Source: a virus
Lineage: Duplodnaviria > Caudoviricetes
Reading direction: 5' to 3' (one strand)
DNA length: 56,272 nucleotides
Virus record (IMG/VR): IMGVR_UViG_3300031576_000051
Location: 1-56,272 of that record
The notes beneath the pieces were generated by a model that had not been told where the DNA came from, did no database searches, and saw nothing but the letters and a program-made list of their open reading frames with translations. Both the position numbers and the translations under genes were made by a program. This document shows, one piece after another, positions 34,470 to 44,554 of this stretch. The first letter of the stretch is position 1. Each line of letters opens with the position of its first letter.

Positions 34470-34748
34470 TTAGAGCTTGAACTCGTGGCCAAGCTCGCGA
34501 GGCCACAACGCGTACTCCTTGATCGCAGCGATGGCCTTCTCCGCGCGCACGGCCCGCGTCTGGATCGTGTGCAGACACTCCTCGAACGGAGCGCCGACTC
34601 GCTTCGACAGCTCGCCTGCCAGACGCAACATCTCCTTGTGCGTCATGTGACCCGTCTCGATCTCGCGGAGCGAGCGCCTGCGCGTCTCGACCGCAAGCCC
34701 GAGCCCGACGACGTGCACAACCTGAGGTTCGTTCGCCATTCGCTTCAC
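34470..34748 (-). CDS. Hypothetical protein
   Basis: Coupled ORF. Confidence 0.5.
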   Translation of the reverse strand: MKRMANEPQVVHVVGLGLAVETRRRSLREIETGHMTHKEMLRLAGELSKRVGAPFEECLHTIQTRAVRAEKAIAAIKEYALWPRELGHEFKL

Positions 34749-35155
34749 CCTGTCAGCTTGAAGATGCGGTTGGTTCCGTTATCCCATGCGATCGTGATGC
34801 TGCCGCCGTTCGGAGTCACGGCGGAGGCGAGCGCAAGGAGGAGGAGGACGAGCGCCGACGTTGCCGCCGAGCCGGTGTCGTTGAAGAGAAGCACCGACTC
34901 GCATTGGTCTCCGGTCACGGTGGTCAGCACCGTGTTTGCCGCGTCGAAGACGCCATCGGTCGAGGTCTTGCTGGCCAACGCCACCGGCGTCCCGACCTTC
35001 GCGCCCGACGGTACGTCATCGTAGAAGTCGTCGGTGTTGAAGTTCGGCGTGTAGTCCGCGTCGTCGATGAGCACCGCCTTCAGCGTCGAGCCGGCCGTGA
35101 TGTCGAGGTCGTTGTCGATCATCAGCTTCTTGAACTTGTCGTACATCCCGGCCAT
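34745..35155 (-). CDS. Minor tail / fibre-associated protein
   Basis: LKAVLID...DGVFDAA...TPNGGSITIAWDNG, typical of phage minor tail proteins. Confidence 0.7.
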   Translation of the reverse strand: MAGMYDKFKKLMIDNDLDITAGSTLKAVLIDDADYTPNFNTDDFYDDVPSGAKVGTPVALASKTSTDGVFDAANTVLTTVTGDQCESVLLFNDTGSAATSALVLLLLALASAVTPNGGSITIAWDNGTNRIFKLTG

Positions 35156-35164
35156 GTCGTCTCC

Positions 35165-35359
35165 TCAGACCTTCTTGGGCTCGTACGCCATGGCCTTCGC
35201 GTGCGCCGAGGTCGCCCTGGCCACGAGGCTCTGCTTCTCCTCGTCGCTCAGGTCGCCGGCGTTGCGGATGGCGTCGTAGATGCCAGTTCCCACCTGCACG
35301 AGCGCAGGCCCGAGCTTCTCGGCGAGCAGCAGCACGATCTGGATCTCAGCGCCTGTCAT
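35165..35359 (-). CDS. Small hypothetical protein of the lysis cassette
   Basis: GGAGG SD; ATGA overlap with 35356-36303. Confidence 0.55.
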   Translation of the reverse strand: MTGAEIQIVLLLAEKLGPALVQVGTGIYDAIRNAGDLSDEEKQSLVARATSAHAKAMAYEPKKV

Positions 35360-36303
35360 GGCGCACCTCCGTCCTTGGCTTCGGGTTGAACCTCTGGGCT
35401 CGCCGACCTGGCCGTCCACACCGCAAGCTCGGCGGAGAGAAGCGTCAGGACGCCGGCGACCCGCTGCTGCGCCGTCGCGTCTCCGTTCGCCCACTGCTTG
35501 AACGCCTCGTCGTACGCCGGCTTCCAGTAGGCGCAGAACGCGGCCCATGTCCTGTACGTCTGGACGCTGACGAGCCCGCGGTCGAGCATCGCGTCCATGG
35601 CTTGACCGGTGGCGGCGAACGTCTCTCCGAGCGCGATGACCGTCTCGCCGCTCGCTCGCCAGGCCTGAGCGTGGGTGCACGACCCGAGCGCGAGCGGGAA
35701 GGCGAGGAGGAGCACGACGGCGCCGGCCTTGGCCACCTTCGCCGCGGCCTCCCCCGCCTCCTTGGCCTTCAGCTTCCTCAGCTTGAACCATGCGACGACG
35801 TCCTTCGCCCACCCGTAGAGCGCAGTGGCCAGGCCGACGATCCCTCCCGTCCCGACGACGAGAGGCACGACCAGTTCAGGGGTGACCTTGGTGTCGGTCG
35901 CGTACATCGGAACCATGGCCACGGCGAATGCGGTCGCCGAGTTGAGTAGCACTCCGCCCGGCTTAGACTCGAACAGGAAGAAGAACGGCCGATCAGCCCA
36001 GTGATCATCGGGGATCATGTCATGGAGCTTCTTGCCGAACGCCCTGACGCCGAGCACGAGCAGGACGACGACGAGCACGGCCAGAGCGAACAGCTCGCCC
36101 GCGCGCCAGAGCCCGCCGACCTTACCGAGCAGCTGGAGGAGCTGCTGGAGCATCGGGTCGTCGAGCTGCCCGCTCGAGATCGCCGGCAGCTGCTCGAGCG
36201 GAGGAGCGTAGCCCCACGCCGCCGCGGCGACGAGCAGGGCCGAACCGCAGAGCAGAGCGAGCGAGGTCGACAGCCAGTGATAGAACATCCAATCCTTTTC
36301 CAT
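35356..36303 (-). CDS. Multi-pass membrane protein with internal lipobox-like motif (holin/spanin candidate)
   Basis: Several hydrophobic helices then VVLLLAFPLALGSC; adjacent to the endolysin. Confidence 0.55.
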   Translation of the reverse strand: MEKDWMFYHWLSTSLALLCGSALLVAAAAWGYAPPLEQLPAISSGQLDDPMLQQLLQLLGKVGGLWRAGELFALAVLVVVLLVLGVRAFGKKLHDMIPDDHWADRPFFFLFESKPGGVLLNSATAFAVAMVPMYATDTKVTPELVVPLVVGTGGIVGLATALYGWAKDVVAWFKLRKLKAKEAGEAAAKVAKAGAVVLLLAFPLALGSCTHAQAWRASGETVIALGETFAATGQAMDAMLDRGLVSVQTYRTWAAFCAYWKPAYDEAFKQWANGDATAQQRVAGVLTLLSAELAVWTARSASPEVQPEAKDGGAP

Positions 36304-36316
36304 GTCCCTCTCCTTT

Positions 36317-36820
36317 TCAACAGTGAAGCGCCACGCCGGGCGCGACGGGAAGCGAACGCCAGGCCGGATCCTGAACGTGCGGCAGATCCGGAAACGGGAA
36401 CAGCCTTCCGCTCTCGAGGCCCATCTCCTCAGCCATCCTGTTCATCACGTCGAAGCGCCTCAGCGCCTCGGCCCTGACCTTCGCGTCCTCCTCGTTGCCG
36501 AGGTAGACGAGCTTGACGCCGCCGCTCGCGTACAGCTCGCGGACCGGGTAGCGGTCGATGGCCGCGTCGTGACCGTGCGCGGAGTCGGCCGCGTACCTCG
36601 CGTTGGAGATCACCTTCTTGCGGTCTACGACCGCCCACTCTCCGGTGCTGAGCTTCAGCACGCGTCCGAGCTTGAACCTCTCGAGCTGCGTCGGGTCATC
36701 ACGTCTGCCCTCGGTGATCTTGATGGCGAACGGCCCATCCACCTTCCATCGTTCGACGTACGCCTTCAGCTTCGTGTTGTCCGGGCAGAGATGAACGTTG
36801 TGCACGAGAACGACGGTCAT
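36317..36820 (-). CDS. Endolysin, M15-family (L-Ala-D-Glu-type) peptidase
   Basis: ITEGRR...Q...SAHGH..AID...DLPHVQ. Confidence 0.8.
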   Translation of the reverse strand: MTVVLVHNVHLCPDNTKLKAYVERWKVDGPFAIKITEGRRDDPTQLERFKLGRVLKLSTGEWAVVDRKKVISNARYAADSAHGHDAAIDRYPVRELYASGGVKLVYLGNEEDAKVRAEALRRFDVMNRMAEEMGLESGRLFPFPDLPHVQDPAWRSLPVAPGVALHC

Positions 36821-37206
36821 GGTCCGCCGTCCTTTTTCTCATCTGGGTCCTTCTCAAGTCTCGGCTGCGGCTGCTTGGTCATGACCGCACGATACAGGGC
36901 GCGCACGTCCTGCCGCACCTCCTTCTGATTCTCCTCGATGACATCAACCCGCTTGACCAGCTCTTTCGCCGCCTCGACGCCCGCGGCCTTCGCCTCCGAG
37001 ATGAAGACGCGGTAGCCGACGATGACGGCGACCGCGGCGGTGACGATCGCGATGACGAACGTGTACACCTCGTTGAGGCGAAACGCCCGCTTCATGTCCT
37101 TCTTCGACACGGGCATCTTCATCTCTGGATCTGTGCCTGGCTCGGCGTCGAGATCTTTCTTCATGCGTGGAGCGTCCGGCTTGGGAGACTCGTTCAGCTC
37201 AGGCAT
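36817..37206 (-). CDS. Single-TM + coiled-coil protein (holin or i-spanin candidate)
   Basis: TM VYTFVIAIVTAAVAVIVGY; coupled to the endolysin. Confidence 0.5.
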   Translation of the reverse strand: MPELNESPKPDAPRMKKDLDAEPGTDPEMKMPVSKKDMKRAFRLNEVYTFVIAIVTAAVAVIVGYRVFISEAKAAGVEAAKELVKRVDVIEENQKEVRQDVRALYRAVMTKQPQPRLEKDPDEKKDGGP

Positions 37207-37294
37207 AGACCTCCACCGTAGGCCGTCGGGTGGACAACTGAGGCACGACTCTGTTGAGATGCCTGCCCACTGAGGCTTAAAAAATTGAAGCGGC

Positions 37295-40018
37295 CTAGAA
37301 CGTCTCGAAGTTGATGTTGTCGAGGGTGACGTGCGTGTTGTTGGCGGTGATCGGGGTGACGGTGCCGTCCGTCCGAATCACCAACGAACCGAACGCGTCA
37401 TTCGACACCATGGGCACGTAGGAATCTCTGTTCGTTGCCGGCCGGTAGCCGACGGGCAACGTGAAGGCGACCGCGCCAACCGTGCCGCTCTTGATGATGC
37501 CGCGAAGAGACACGCACCCATACCGGTCCTTGCGAAAAGCCGCTGGCGGATAGGGGTTCCCGAAGTTCACCCAGCTGTTGGAGAAGCCGGGGATCGACTC
37601 GTAGTTGTCGGTGAACTTCGTGGTGTCACCGACCTCGTACCACGGCGTGCCGATGAATTCGACGCGGAAGTCATCGACGAAGACGTTGTACTGGCCGGAC
37701 ACGAACGATGAGGAGAACGCGAGCGCGATGCTGCGCGTGGTAGTCCCCGCGACGGATGCGATCAGGTCGACGCGCTGCCAGTGGTCGGTCTTTGAGTTGC
37801 CAGCGATCGAGACAGAGGCGCTGAGCCCGCCGCCGCCGACTACCGCATTGGCGTAGTCATAGCCGATGGCGGTGAGGATCAGCAGGTTTCCGCCGCCGGC
37901 GTTCCCGCTCTTGTTCTTCATCCAGCAAGAGACTCGGTACAGCCCGGTGTAACGGTTCGCCTCGCTCGTCTCGTTCGCGATTGGGATCTTGGCCGTGATC
38001 ATCCCAGCCCCGCCGTTTGCGATGTCCATCTCCATGTAGCGAGTGCCGCTGATTCCGCTGCTGTCCTCCTTCACGAACAGATTCGTGCCGAATACTGCGC
38101 CGCCGTCTGGCACCCACCAATCCGGCATCCCTGTGGCGTCCCTGCGCGTCTCGAACCCGCCGTTCAGCGGGTAGAGCCCGAGAGCGATGCCCTCGTGTAT
38201 GTGTCCACTGCTCGCTCTCCCAGCGACGAAGGAGATCTGCTCAGACTGCTGGCCGCGGACGATCTTTTGCCCGTTGAACCCGTATGGCACGACGACCGCG
38301 TAGTAGGTCTGTCCCGGGAGAAGGTTTCCTACGGTCAGCTCGTCGAGGTGTCCGGACTGGGCGAGCGTCGCGCTGCTCGGGGTGAAGCCAGGGGACAGCG
38401 ACAGGTGGAACTCGAAGCCCTTCGGCAGGGCGTGCTTCGAGAAGGTGGCGTCGACCTTCAGCTTCGTCCCGCCCACGGTGTCCGTTGCGGCGAGCGTCTC
38501 GATGGCGGAGCTGTTCGCGTTCGTCGCATGCGTCTCGGTCGTGCGACCCGCATCGCGCATGAGCCACCGTGCGTACCCGCCCGACGGCTTGCCGCGGCAG
38601 ACGAGGGTGGTCGTCGCGCTCGGCCTGTCGCCGCCGCGCAGCTGATGAGAGTACGAGACGACGGCCAGGTCTTGGTCGACGTCGAAATGGATGCCGTCGG
38701 CGGAGAATCGGTAGAGGTCGCCGAGCTCGACGAACGGAAAGAACGGCAGCTCGACCTCCATCTCGGCCTGCGGGTCCTTCAGGTCCGAGAGCATCGCGTT
38801 GGCGAACGTCGTCGCCTCGGCCGAGGTATCGATGTTCGAGGACTTCCCCTCGCTCACCTCCATGAAGCGTCGGCCGTACTTCGCGATGCTGGTCGAGTCC
38901 GACACGGTGACTGACTTGCGCCTCGGGAACCCCTGCGGATCGAGGTCTTGACTGTCGAGGTAGATAACGCGGATGACGTTCCGGATGCCGTCGAGCTTCG
39001 TGTCAAGACGCGAGAGCTTGAAGCGCTGGTCCTTCGAGAAGGTCCGGTCAGGCACCGTCTTCGTGCGCGGCACGTCGTTTAGCTCGAGCCGGTAGTCGCC
39101 GAGCCCGGAGTTGAACTTGTCACGAAGGTCCCAGCCGATCTGATCTGCGAGCACGCGCGCGCCGAGCCACGCGCCGGTGCGCTGCTGCATGAACCACCGC
39201 ACGAGCCAGCTCGGGCTCACCGTCGTCGTCAGCGTCGGCGGGCTCGCGACATTGTCGTTGAGGATCCGCTGGATGACCGTCTCGACGGCCGTGCCCGTTA
39301 TGGTCGTCGTCAGGCCCTTCTCCATGAATGTGACGCCGCCGAACGTGACGGTAGCCCCCGCTCCGGTCGGCCACGTGCCCTCGGTGCCGCCGATTCCGGT
39401 CGTGATGCTGTCGACCGCGTAGAAGTGACCGTTCCTCTTCGCCTCGTTCGGGACGGCCAGCTCTCCCACGATCCACGTGTCTCCGTTGACGTACGGGCGA
39501 AAGCCCTTCGTTGCATCGGCGTCGATGGAATGTGCGTAGATGCGCTCCTGCTCGATGAAGGCGTCAAGGCTCCTCGAGTATTGGCCGCGGGCGGTCATCG
39601 TCATCGTCCCGTCGCCGCTGGCTGGGCTGAAGGTGTCGAGGTAGCCGTGGAACCCCATCACGAAGGTCCCGGGGTCCGTCCCGGCCGCTCCGATCCACCA
39701 CTCGACCTTCACCTCACGGGCGATGTCGACGAGCGGAGAGTAGGTGCCGGGGAAGGCGAAGTTGCGGTTGACTGGACTTGCCTGCATGAACGGCGAGAGC
39801 GAGAGTTTCTCGACCGCGCGCTTCACCGAGATGGTGCAGTCGTGCCCGTTGCTATCGACGTCCTCATGCCACGTCGAACCGAGCACCATGTCCGGACCGA
39901 CGAAGGTGCTCAGGTCGCGGAACGTTCCGCCCGAGTCCTTGACCTGCACGCGGAAGCGCCGCTGCGTCCCGCCCGTGGCGATGAGCAGCGCGTCGTGGTC
40001 TGCGGAGATGGTCCTCAT
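37295..40018 (-). CDS. Tail tip / baseplate hub protein with FN3-like, CBM-like and receptor-binding C-terminal domains
   Basis: Position after Dit; LPGQTYY (FN3), NGGFE (CBM-like), C-terminal FTLPVGYRP. Confidence 0.75.
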   Translation of the reverse strand: MRTISADHDALLIATGGTQRRFRVQVKDSGGTFRDLSTFVGPDMVLGSTWHEDVDSNGHDCTISVKRAVEKLSLSPFMQASPVNRNFAFPGTYSPLVDIAREVKVEWWIGAAGTDPGTFVMGFHGYLDTFSPASGDGTMTMTARGQYSRSLDAFIEQERIYAHSIDADATKGFRPYVNGDTWIVGELAVPNEAKRNGHFYAVDSITTGIGGTEGTWPTGAGATVTFGGVTFMEKGLTTTITGTAVETVIQRILNDNVASPPTLTTTVSPSWLVRWFMQQRTGAWLGARVLADQIGWDLRDKFNSGLGDYRLELNDVPRTKTVPDRTFSKDQRFKLSRLDTKLDGIRNVIRVIYLDSQDLDPQGFPRRKSVTVSDSTSIAKYGRRFMEVSEGKSSNIDTSAEATTFANAMLSDLKDPQAEMEVELPFFPFVELGDLYRFSADGIHFDVDQDLAVVSYSHQLRGGDRPSATTTLVCRGKPSGGYARWLMRDAGRTTETHATNANSSAIETLAATDTVGGTKLKVDATFSKHALPKGFEFHLSLSPGFTPSSATLAQSGHLDELTVGNLLPGQTYYAVVVPYGFNGQKIVRGQQSEQISFVAGRASSGHIHEGIALGLYPLNGGFETRRDATGMPDWWVPDGGAVFGTNLFVKEDSSGISGTRYMEMDIANGGAGMITAKIPIANETSEANRYTGLYRVSCWMKNKSGNAGGGNLLILTAIGYDYANAVVGGGGLSASVSIAGNSKTDHWQRVDLIASVAGTTTRSIALAFSSSFVSGQYNVFVDDFRVEFIGTPWYEVGDTTKFTDNYESIPGFSNSWVNFGNPYPPAAFRKDRYGCVSLRGIIKSGTVGAVAFTLPVGYRPATNRDSYVPMVSNDAFGSLVIRTDGTVTPITANNTHVTLDNINFETF

Positions 40019-40019
40019 G

Positions 40020-40880
40020 TCAGACCTCCTCGAACTCGACCGACATGACGCGGATGTGGCGCTTGTTCCCGGCGGCCCTCACGTGGCGAACCTTCGTTCC
40101 GGTCACGCGCGCGATGCAGGTGCGCGTCGGAGCGGGGGAGACGCCGCCCGAGTCGTCGACGGCATCGCCGTCGATCTTGACATAGCGCAGCGCGCCGATC
40201 TGCGCGTTGCCGGCGACCGGGTTCTGGAACGCGTAGATCTGCGCAGGCCACGAGCCCGGGAAGACAAAGGGGTAGATCGCTAGCTCGTCGAGGTGAGTCG
40301 TGTCGACCGCGTCGGAGGTCAGGGTTACGGTGCCGCTCGAGGTGTTGACGGAGAGCCACGGCGTCGAGCCGGTGAGGACCCCGTCTATGTACGTGTCACC
40401 GAGGCTGTTCGTCAGGAAGTGCTGGAACGAGCCGAGGCCCGTCTTCCTGGCGACCATGACCGTCCAGCCGAAGACGCTCCCGGGCGGCAGCGCGACGTAC
40501 GCGAGGACTCCGGTGGCGGCGGTCTGCTGCGCCCTGCCTGCGCCGAGCCAAGCGCCTCCGGCGACCTGCGTCGTGGCCGTCGCGGTGGACGGCGCAAGGC
40601 CCTTCGAGGTGTAGAGGCTCGCGTCGAACGAGGCGTACTGGCCCTCCCCGTGGAGGAACTTCCGCCAGAACTGCGCCTGGCTGCCGCCGCCGAGGGTCGG
40701 AGACGCGCCGTTCGTCTGCTGCAGCACGAGGTCGACGCTCCACTTGCCTTTCTCGGCGCGCCTGTCGACGATGAGCGTCGCGCCCTCCGAGCGCTGCGTG
40801 TCCTCGACGAGCTGGGGCTCCTCGCTCGCCCCGTCGATAGAGACCGGCGCGACGATGCCGTTGACCCTGAGAAACGACAT
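40020..40880 (-). CDS. Distal tail protein with lectin/LamG-like insertion
   Basis: Immediately after the tape measure; YIDG...LDELAIY; ends SVEFEEV. Confidence 0.65.
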   Translation of the reverse strand: MSFLRVNGIVAPVSIDGASEEPQLVEDTQRSEGATLIVDRRAEKGKWSVDLVLQQTNGASPTLGGGSQAQFWRKFLHGEGQYASFDASLYTSKGLAPSTATATTQVAGGAWLGAGRAQQTAATGVLAYVALPPGSVFGWTVMVARKTGLGSFQHFLTNSLGDTYIDGVLTGSTPWLSVNTSSGTVTLTSDAVDTTHLDELAIYPFVFPGSWPAQIYAFQNPVAGNAQIGALRYVKIDGDAVDDSGGVSPAPTRTCIARVTGTKVRHVRAAGNKRHIRVMSVEFEEV

Positions 40881-40881
40881 G

Positions 40882-43428
40882 TCATCTGCCTCCAGGTCCG
40901 CTGTTCTTCCAGCCGTGGCTGCTGCCCGTCGCCGTGAAGCTCTTGCGCTCCATCGCGTCCTCGACGGTTCGGACGATCTGCCCGAACGACAGCGACGCCG
41001 ACTCGGCGAAGCTCGACAGGAAGCGCGCGGTGGCGGTCTTGTACCCGCTCGGCACGTTCGTCAACTGGTCGGTGACGTCGTCGGCCGTGTCGCCGAGCTT
41101 CTTGATCGAGTCGGCCGCGCCGTCCACAACGTCAGCCAGGAACCGACCGCGCTGCACCCCTTGCCGATCAATGGTGCCGACGGCGTCGACAGGCGTCGTG
41201 TCGAAGAGGTGGCCGAGCTTCGTCCACTCTGCATCGGCGCTCGTCTTGAGCGCTTCGGCCTTGCTGTTCATCGACATCGCCATCTTCGAGATGGTCAGAG
41301 CAAGATCGTTGAGGCCGAGGGTCGCGAGCAACTCGCGGATCTTCTCGAGGATGCCACCCATGATCTTCATGATCGCGACGCTCAGGTAGCTCATCCCTAT
41401 GCCGACGAGCCGAAAGGAGGCGCCGAGTAGCTTGATGACGATCTCGAGCGGGTTGAGCACCATCAAGATCGCCAAGAATGAATCGATGATCCCTCCGACG
41501 GCGCCGACGGAAGCGAAGATGCCGCTCAAGCTCTCGAGCAGTTTTCCGATCGTCATGAGCCCGTCTGCGATGCCTCGAATGGCCGGCTGAAGCGTCCCGC
41601 CGATCGACTGGAGGAGGCCGCTGATTCCGTTCAACAGGCCCTGGAGCCCACCCATCAGCGCGCCGAGCGCCGGCGCCATGGAGCTGATGAAGTCGCCAAG
41701 GACCTTGTTGGCAAGGTCGACGACCGCGCTGAATCCTTCGAAACGGGAGGCGACTTCGATGATGACCGCAGCGAAGGCGCCCCACACACCGCCAGCCTGG
41801 AAGCCCTGCACTCCCGCCTGCACTACTTGGCCGAGTTCGCCGAGCTTCGAGACGAACGAGAGCGCGAGGCTGCCGATCGCGGCGACCGTCTTCTTCATCT
41901 CCGCGTCCGCAATCTTCTGGAGGTCTCCGAACGCGCCGGCGGCGCCGGCCGCCTTCTTCGAGAGCCGGTCGAAGATGTCCGCTTGGGTATACGCGGCGCG
42001 CGCGGCCCCGAAGCGTTCCTCCGCCTCAAGGTCGGAGGCCTCGGCGAGCTTCTCGTCGCGGTCGTACGCCGCATTGACGCTCTGATTGAGAGCATCGTTG
42101 AAGTCCTCGAAGCCGGTCGTCGCCTGCATGAGGACGTCAGTCGGATCGGCACCGATGTTCGCGAAGTCCCGTCTCTGCTGCGCGGCCGCGGCGTTGATGC
42201 TGCTGACCTGTCCGGCGAGCTTGAACTGACTCGCCTGCCTCTTCTCCTCGAGCTTCACCCAGTGCTCCCAGAGGACGACGAGCTTGTTCTGCTCCTTCTG
42301 AGTGTTCTGGAGCGCCTCCTGAATGCTCTTCTGGTCCCGAACGATGGAATGCGCAGCCCTCTTGCTGAAATCCATCACCGGCAGCTGCATGACCTTCTCG
42401 GTCTCAGCGAAGAGACTTGCGATCGACTTCGTCGCGGCGGCGGCGATGTTGTCCGCCGCCTGCATCCCGAGACCCACGTTCTTCATGGCACCGGCGAGGT
42501 CTCCCTTCGATAGGGACGCCGTCACGGCGCCGAGCGTGTAGCCGACGTTCTGGAGCTTCTGCAGCTCGGCGGCGGCGAGGATCGCCCCGGCAGCGAACAG
42601 CCTCAGTGTCATCGCGAGCGCTTGCACTGACACCTCGAGCGCATCGGAGAACCCCTTGCTCTTCAGGAGCTGCCCGGTCAGGTCAGCCATCGCTGGAGCG
42701 AGCTGCGCCGCCACGCGTACGGACACGCCCTCAACGGCGGCTTTGATGCGATCGAGGTTGTCGCCGAACTCGTTCGCCGCGAGCGAGGTCTTCTCGTCGA
42801 GAGTGACGCCGAACCTGTCTGCCTCGGCCGAAAGCGCGGCGAGGCCATCCTTGCCTTCGTTGAGAAACGGAATCATCGCCGCGCCTGCCTTGCCGAACAG
42901 CTCGATGGCGAGGTAGCTTTTGTCGGCGTCGTCCTTCAGGCCGGCGAACTTCGACGCGAGATCCTTCAGGATGTCAGAGCTGGCGCGCGTCGCACCGGAG
43001 GCGTCCTTGACGCTGACGCCCAGGGCCCGGAAGAGCGCGACCTGCTTTTGGCCGCCGCTCGCGGCTTCGGCGATGTTGACGTTCAGCTTCCCGAGCGCTG
43101 AGGCGAAGTCTTCGGTCGAGATTTCCGAGAGCTTCGCCGCGTAGCCGAGCCGGCTGAACTCTTCGACGGGGAGGCCCGTCTGTTGCGCGAGTCGACCCAT
43201 CGTGTCCGCGACCTCTGCGCCGTGCATGGCGAACTCAGCGAACCGCTTTCCTGCGTCGACAGCGAAGCGTGCCGCCATGTGGATGCCGAGCAGGTCTAAG
43301 CTCTTGCTGATCTTTCCCACGGTCTCATGGAAAGAGCCCAGCTCCTTGTTCGCCCTGCCGACGTTCTTGTTGAATGAGGCCACCTGCAGCTGCAGGTCGA
43401 CGACGAGGGACGCGAGGCTCGATGCCAT
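40882..43428 (-). CDS. Tape measure protein
   Basis: 848 aa, helical Ala/Leu/Gly-rich; LFGKAG..MIPFLN; follows the chaperones. Confidence 0.9.
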   Translation of the reverse strand: MASSLASLVVDLQLQVASFNKNVGRANKELGSFHETVGKISKSLDLLGIHMAARFAVDAGKRFAEFAMHGAEVADTMGRLAQQTGLPVEEFSRLGYAAKLSEISTEDFASALGKLNVNIAEAASGGQKQVALFRALGVSVKDASGATRASSDILKDLASKFAGLKDDADKSYLAIELFGKAGAAMIPFLNEGKDGLAALSAEADRFGVTLDEKTSLAANEFGDNLDRIKAAVEGVSVRVAAQLAPAMADLTGQLLKSKGFSDALEVSVQALAMTLRLFAAGAILAAAELQKLQNVGYTLGAVTASLSKGDLAGAMKNVGLGMQAADNIAAAATKSIASLFAETEKVMQLPVMDFSKRAAHSIVRDQKSIQEALQNTQKEQNKLVVLWEHWVKLEEKRQASQFKLAGQVSSINAAAAQQRRDFANIGADPTDVLMQATTGFEDFNDALNQSVNAAYDRDEKLAEASDLEAEERFGAARAAYTQADIFDRLSKKAAGAAGAFGDLQKIADAEMKKTVAAIGSLALSFVSKLGELGQVVQAGVQGFQAGGVWGAFAAVIIEVASRFEGFSAVVDLANKVLGDFISSMAPALGALMGGLQGLLNGISGLLQSIGGTLQPAIRGIADGLMTIGKLLESLSGIFASVGAVGGIIDSFLAILMVLNPLEIVIKLLGASFRLVGIGMSYLSVAIMKIMGGILEKIRELLATLGLNDLALTISKMAMSMNSKAEALKTSADAEWTKLGHLFDTTPVDAVGTIDRQGVQRGRFLADVVDGAADSIKKLGDTADDVTDQLTNVPSGYKTATARFLSSFAESASLSFGQIVRTVEDAMERKSFTATGSSHGWKNSGPGGR

Positions 43429-43432
43429 GGTT

Positions 43433-43813
43433 CTAGTTTACCTCCTGATTTGACGACTCCGTCGGCAAACCCTGCGCGCCGGCGCCTGGACGCGGCGGGG
43501 GCGGCCCGAAGATGGCAGACAGATACTCGACGGGGTCGACCTCTACCTCTAGGACCTCTGGCGGGCGGAGGAGAAAGTCGTGCGGCTCGGCCTGGAACTT
43601 TGATGTGGACGAGGCCTTCATCGTCGCCCACATCTGACGCGCGTGCATCGCATCGGCAGCGGGAAATCCGAACGGTTCGGCGACGAAGAACTCCTGCCAG
43701 TCCAATAGCTGGCGAAGCGTGATGGCCTGCAGCAGGAAGTCCGGATGAGGCCAGCTCAGAACGATGCACAGCCGGAAGGCCAGCAGTCGCTCCGGCTGGC
43801 CTCTCAGTTTCCC
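43433..43813 (-). CDS. Tail assembly chaperone gpT portion (made as gpGT by -1 frameshift)
   Basis: The -1 frame after G GGA AAC reads LRGQPERLLAFRL...DWQEFFVAEPFG. Confidence 0.8.
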   Translation of the reverse strand, partial: GKLRGQPERLLAFRLCIVLSWPHPDFLLQAITLRQLLDWQEFFVAEPFGFPAADAMHARQMWATMKASSTSKFQAEPHDFLLRPPEVLEVEVDPVEYLSAIFGPPPPRPGAGAQGLPTESSNQEVN

Positions 43814-44184
43814 GATGGATCGCCGTCCTTCTCGCCGTCCTTCTCGCCGTCCTTCTGTTGCGGAACCATCATCTCCATGATCTTCGAGACGATGAGCTGC
43901 AGCGTCTGGAAGGACATGGCATCGAGGAACTTCGCCGCTTTCTTGTCGTCGAGCACCGGCGTGCCCTGGTCGTCGACGATGGCCCCGACGAGCAGGCAGA
44001 TCATCTGCTGTCGCTCGAGGCCGTCGTCCTTCTCTCGCTCTCGCTTCGCCTGAAGCTTCTTGAACTCGAGGCTCCTGCTGGCCGACAGCTCTGCGAGTCT
44101 GACCTCTCCGCCGATTTCGGGCACGAGGAGGGTCTCGAACCTCCGACCCTCGAGTTTCATCATCTGATCGAACGTCATCGCCAT
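43804..44184 (-). CDS. Tail assembly chaperone gpG
   Basis: VPEIGGEV...IVDDQG.PV; position and slippery site. Confidence 0.85.
   Translation of the reverse strand: MAMTFDQMMKLEGRRFETLLVPEIGGEVRLAELSASRSLEFKKLQAKREREKDDGLERQQMICLLVGAIVDDQGTPVLDDKKAAKFLDAMSFQTLQLIVSKIMEMMVPQQKDGEKDGEKDGDPSGN
43807..43813 (-). other. -1 programmed frameshift heptamer GGGAAAC
   Basis: X XXY YYZ directly before the gpG stop. Confidence 0.85.
43820..43855 (+). repeat. 12-bp tandem repeat (TCGCCGTCCTTC)x3 in gpG
   Basis: Read directly; encodes KDGE/KDGD repeats. Confidence 0.9.
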
Positions 44185-44197
44185 GTTATTTCACCTC

Positions 44198-44551
44198 TCA
44201 TGAAGGGGTCAGAAGGTTGAACACCTGCAGCGTCAAGCTCGTCACGCCGCTGTACGTCATCGACAGAAGACCGCTCGCGTCGTTGTAGATTCCCGGCTGC
44301 CACGGGCCGACGAGTAGGTTCGCCATCGATGGCACGGACACAGTCCTATTCGCGATGGCGAGCCCATCGATGGTCCCGGGCGTGTCGAAGGTGACGGTGA
44401 TCGGCGCGCCGCTCAGGTTCGTGAACATCACGAACTCGCGGCCTATGTTGAGGAACTTGTCCCCTCCAGACGTGGCAGAGACGAAGCCACCGCCTCCGCT
44501 GGAGATGTCGACGCCGGAGCGAGTGACGACCGTCGGGGTCAGCGTCGCCAT
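44198..44551 (-). CDS. Virion beta-sandwich protein, paralog 2
   Basis: Aligns with 44555-44932 (GGD.F.N.G.E...DGLA...GP....YND). Confidence 0.7.
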   Translation of the reverse strand: MATLTPTVVTRSGVDISSGGGGFVSATSGGDKFLNIGREFVMFTNLSGAPITVTFDTPGTIDGLAIANRTVSVPSMANLLVGPWQPGIYNDASGLLSMTYSGVTSLTLQVFNLLTPS

Positions 44552-44554
44552 CGG

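Noticed and set aside
43807-43813. -1 frameshift as a novelty
   Set aside because: This is the standard gpG/gpGT mechanism of long-tailed phages, so it is listed as a feature only.
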